Shown here: positions 61,668 through 64,000 of the stretch, in pieces
How positions within the stretch are numbered: position 1 is the first letter of the stretch
How the letters are laid out: every line of letters starts with the position of its first letter
DNA from: Octopus sinensis
Taxonomy: Eukaryota
Assembly (NCBI RefSeq): GCF_006345805.1
Contig: NC_042999.1
Coordinates: 3,472,001-3,536,000 of the forward strand
Reading direction: 5' to 3'
Length of the DNA stretch: 64,000 nucleotides
Program-made: the position numbers and the translations under genes
Notes under the pieces: model-generated
What the model was told of the DNA's origin: nothing
Database searches by the model: none
What the model saw: only the letters and a program-made list of their open reading frames with translations

Positions 61668-62948
61668 TCAGGCTGAGTAAAAACTAAGCAACATTTTGAA
61701 ACATGAAATTCATCACAATATATTTCAACAATGTGGAAATTTTATTCATCAAAGTAAGTACCATTACAATCAACACATTTTTGCCAATGTTTGTTTATTC
61801 CGGTAACTTAAAAACCGGGAGTTCTGGAGCTGATGGACTCTTTGAATGTACTTTCAGCATCGGTTTGATTTTTGAACTCTTACTCTTGCAGGAAACCATC
61901 AATGTGCTTGTAAAAGTGGTAGTCAGAAGGAGAAAGGCTTGGGGAATAAGCTGGGTGGGGAAGAACTTTGCACCCAAGTTCCCTCAACTTCTGGAGTGTC
62001 ATTAGTGAAACGTGTAGTCAAGCATTGTCATGAAGAATGATTGGCCCTCTTCTGTTGACCAGTCTGGGACGAAGGAGTAGCAATTTTTCATTCATTTTGG
62101 CAATTTCATGGCAATATGTTTCTGCAGTAATGGTTTTTTCAGGTTTTAAGAAGTTATAGTGGATGAGTCCAGCAGTACACCACCAAACAGTCACCATAAC
62201 CTTATTTTTGAAGAGCTCTGATTCAGGGAAGGTTTTCGGCGCTCAGTGCTTCATTTTGGCCCAACCACTGCGAAGACCATTTTTTATTATTGTACAGAAT
62301 CTACTTTTCATCACAAGTTACAATACAATTGAGAACTGGATCAGTCTGGTTATGGAGAAGAAGTGACAAGCAAATTTCATATCTGCGCATTTTCTGATTT
62401 CCATTCAAATCATGTGCTACACATTTGTTGAGCTTTTTTGATTTCCTGATTACATGCAAATGGTTGCAGACAGTTTTCTAACTAATTTGAAGTTCTTTTA
62501 CCAGTTCTCGAGTAGTCTTAAGTGGATCTTTCTCAATGACGGTCTTTAATTAATCATCATCAAGGACAGATGGGCGTCCATAATGCTCAGGATCTTCAAG
62601 GCTCAGGTCTCCACTGCAAAATCATTTAAAATGTTTTGAGATGACCACTCATTGGTCATTTCCTCACCAAACATTTCATTGATATCACGAGCAGTTTTAG
62701 CTGCTTTATGTCCTTTTTTGAAGTTGAATAGCAAAATTGCTTGAATATCGAGCTTTGACAGTTCCATTTCAGATGATTGTAACAATGGTGAAAAAATGTC
62801 AATGTTAATTTATCGATGCATTTGGGCAAGTCTATATCTGTAATATCAGACAATTGCAAAAACAATGCTTAAAATAAATTCAAAACTACAAAAATCCAGT
62901 ACAAATTCTTCATGACTCAAGACGTTGCTTACTTTTTACTCAACCTGA
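61668..62948 (-). mobile_element. Full-length mariner transposon fossil (~1.28 kb)
   Basis: TIRs TCAGGCTGAGTAAAAACTAAGCAAC / GTTGCTTACTTTTTACTCAACCTGA; TA on the right, CA on the left. Confidence 0.92.
61742..62767 (-). pseudogene. Mariner DD34D transposase pseudogene
   Basis: MELSKLDIQAILLFNFKKGHKAA..., IVTCDEK*, ILHDNA*, PHPAYSPSLSPSDYHF, WQKCVDCNGTYFDE*; several stops and frameshifts. Confidence 0.88.
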
Positions 62949-62968
62949 TAGTAACGTTTGTATGTGCA

Positions 62969-63356
62969 ACTAACGGTATCGCCCGGCGTTGCTCGGGTTT
63001 GTAAGGAAAATAACTATATAAGCATTTTTAGAGATGTAAAGTATAATAGCCATCTCTTTATGGCTAACCACAAGGGGGGGGGGTTACATATACGTTCTGA
63101 GATTTAATAATAAATTTTTAGAGAGTTACTTCCCTTATATATGCCAAAAGTGCATTAAAAATGGGGAAAATTGATGGTAAATTGTTTTTTAAATCGTAGA
63201 CTCATCGTAGACGCGCGCTAATACATAGAAGGGCTCGATATGAATCACGACTATAAGATACCCGGTTTTGGTTAAACTGCACCACAAAATGTGGGAGTAG
63301 TTAGGAATCTAAATCGTAGGAGACAGACACACAACTTGACTTTTATATATAAAGAT
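62969..63356 (+). mobile_element. Non-autonomous Helentron/DINE-1-like element
   Basis: 5' ACTA...CCCGGCGTTGCTCGGG hairpin and 3' AGACAGACACAC...TTTTATATATAAAGAT end, the general layout of HINE/DINE-1 elements. Confidence 0.5.
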
Positions 63357-64000
63357 GTCACTCTCTCACACTTTCTATGTGTGTATATTTCTGTGTGTAC
63401 ATGTGTGTGTATGTGTACATTTGTTCAGTGCCAAAATGTACTGCTGCCAAAACGAGCTGAGTGTGCAGTCAGTTGCACCCAATCATCACATTCTGTAGCA
63501 GAACAAGAGTTTGGGATCAGCTGCCTTGTAGATGTATAGTTGTATATCTTTATGTTTTAAATTGCAATCCTACAAAACTATACCATTTCCTACCATCTTA
63601 GGTCTACAAAATGTGTACCAGTCATATACTTGTTTCTCTATAGAGCTAAATATTCCATTTCCTTAAGCTGCGGGACTTTGTACCGAAGTTAAATGTTAGA
63701 AGTTGTTAATTATTTGAACCAAACTCTCGTGGCATGTACACTGGAAACAAAAATCTCCTGTAAGTCAAAAAAGCACCGAATATATAGGCATAACAAAAAG
63801 ACTGTTTAAACAACCTGGAACACCTAGTGTTCTAGAGAAAAGATGCTAAAGAAAAAGGAGTGGTATAGGGGGGAAAAAACATACACAGTGGAAACTTCTT
63901 GAAGCCAATTGCTGAGAATTTGATAAAAACCTTTCTGATATTCTATATTTTAAACAAAAATGCAGCAGAAATAGATACATACATTATTAAGATTACATTT

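Overview
AT-rich, repeat-saturated animal genomic DNA, probably intronic or intergenic. The repeat families resemble those I recall from Octopus (inference, not a database result). No intact host gene could be assembled; nearly all ORFs in the track come from microsatellites or repeats. Contents: a 5'-truncated CR1-group LINE, about 25 RTE LINE fragments or 3' ends, a Tx1/L1-clade LINE sitting in (GATA)n, a stack of R4/Dong-like pieces in (TAA)n, Penelope-like relics, two mariner fossils, TTAA-bounded MITE multimers, a Helentron-like insert and several tRNA-headed SINE families. Strongest observations: (1) a 358-bp terminally redundant unit carrying a well-formed minimal type I hammerhead ribozyme with a compensatory U3:A8 core pair, plus a second hammerhead with a very long stem II; (2) two SINE families whose 3' tails match LINEs present in this window, one CR1-like (with a covarying stem-loop) and one Tx1-like, the latter an unusual pairing for animals; (3) a perfect 113-bp fold-back at the 5' junction of the Tx1 copy. 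All alignments, folds and counts were done by eye, and repeat boundaries are approximate unless a TSD or TIR is quoted.
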